The position numbers and the translations under genes are program-made. This document shows positions 63,667 to 64,000 of a stretch of DNA of 64,000 nucleotides, in pieces; positions within the stretch are counted from its first letter, which is position 1; each line of letters opens with the position of its first letter. The DNA is taken from NCBI GenBank assembly GCA_034007055.1, contig JAVERP010000019.1:398-64397 (forward strand). The letters run 5' to 3'. Source of the stretch: Sphaerochaeta sp. (GTDB lineage Bacteria; Spirochaetota; Spirochaetia; Sphaerochaetales; Sphaerochaetaceae). The notes under the pieces were generated by a model. That model saw only the letters and a list, made by a program, of their open reading frames with translations, was not told the origin of the DNA and searched no databases.

Positions 63667-64000
63667 ATGAAACGCAATGAACTGGTTAGATACCTAGACG
63701 AGTACCTCTCTATCGGGCTTTTTTCATCCATTGACCCATCGCTCAACTCCCTGGTTGTCGGTGGCCCCGACAAGGAGGTCGCCAAGATAGCGTTCGCTGT
63801 CGATGCATGCCAAAGGACCTTCGACCTGGCCGTAGAGTGGGGAGCGGACATGCTCATCGTCCACCATGGCCTGTACTGGGGAAGGCCGATGGCCATCACA
63901 GGAACTCACTACCAGCGCATCAAGACCCTCCTTGACGCAGAGGTGGACCTCTATGCCGCCCACCTCCCCCTGGATGCCCATCCCGCAGTGGGCAACAACG
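63667..64000 (+). CDS. Nif3-like dinuclear metal-centre protein, N-terminal part (runs off the right edge)
   Basis: Manual translation from ATG 63667: MKRNELVRYLDEYLSIGLFSSIDPSLNSLVVGGPDKEVAKIAFAVDACQRTFDLAVEWGADMLIVHHGLYWGRP...AAHLPLDAHPAVGNN. Typical of the Nif3/YbgI family. No stop before the window end. Confidence 0.8.
   Translation, partial: MKRNELVRYLDEYLSIGLFSSIDPSLNSLVVGGPDKEVAKIAFAVDACQRTFDLAVEWGADMLIVHHGLYWGRPMAITGTHYQRIKTLLDAEVDLYAAHLPLDAHPAVGNN

Overview
64-kb bacterial chromosomal window with about 60 protein genes and no rRNA or tRNA that I could recognise. Several proteins remind me of a Sphaerochaeta-like spirochaete, but this is unverified. All coordinates, start choices and motif matches were made by eye from the sequence and ORF track; nothing was searched or computed. 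Housekeeping genes: rlmE, add, proS, aspS, carA/carB, rsmI, a TrmH-like methyltransferase, a split transketolase, and partial DUF3842 and Nif3-like genes at the two edges. Metabolic and transport operons: GntR + MBL hydrolase + GntP permease; TetR + FGGY kinase + GtrA + class-III aminotransferase + fused class-II aldolase; Crp + NMT1/THI5-like ABC transporter; LacI + rbsCAB-rbsK-rbsD-deoC + URO-D-like gene. There are two phage-shock (psp) modules served by a single PspF, each pspA preceded by a well-spaced sigma-54 promoter. Main hunting results: (1) two further near-consensus sigma-54 promoters (about 4.95 and 6.30 kb, minus strand), each followed by the same conserved block, a CCTCC anti-Shine-Dalgarno-like motif and a strong hairpin with a U-rich tail, which may be paralogous sigma-54-dependent small RNAs or leaders; (2) an AT-richer-looking insert after carA carrying an ABC/SMC-like ATPase translationally coupled to a DUF4276 gene (OLD/PARIS-like layout) whose codon 11 is an in-frame TAA; (3) an orphan two-repeat type I-C-like CRISPR mini-array with no cas genes in the window; (4) next to it, a 583-bp non-coding transposon-like element with 6-bp target-site duplications and three tandem ~24-bp sites at each end (Tn7/Mu/IS21-style ends); (5) two diverged DUF6788 zinc-ribbon paralogues 32 kb apart; (6) a decayed hicA next to an intact hicB, and a Fic + DUF4143-ATPase pair, in an accessory patch at 23.6-30.7 kb.
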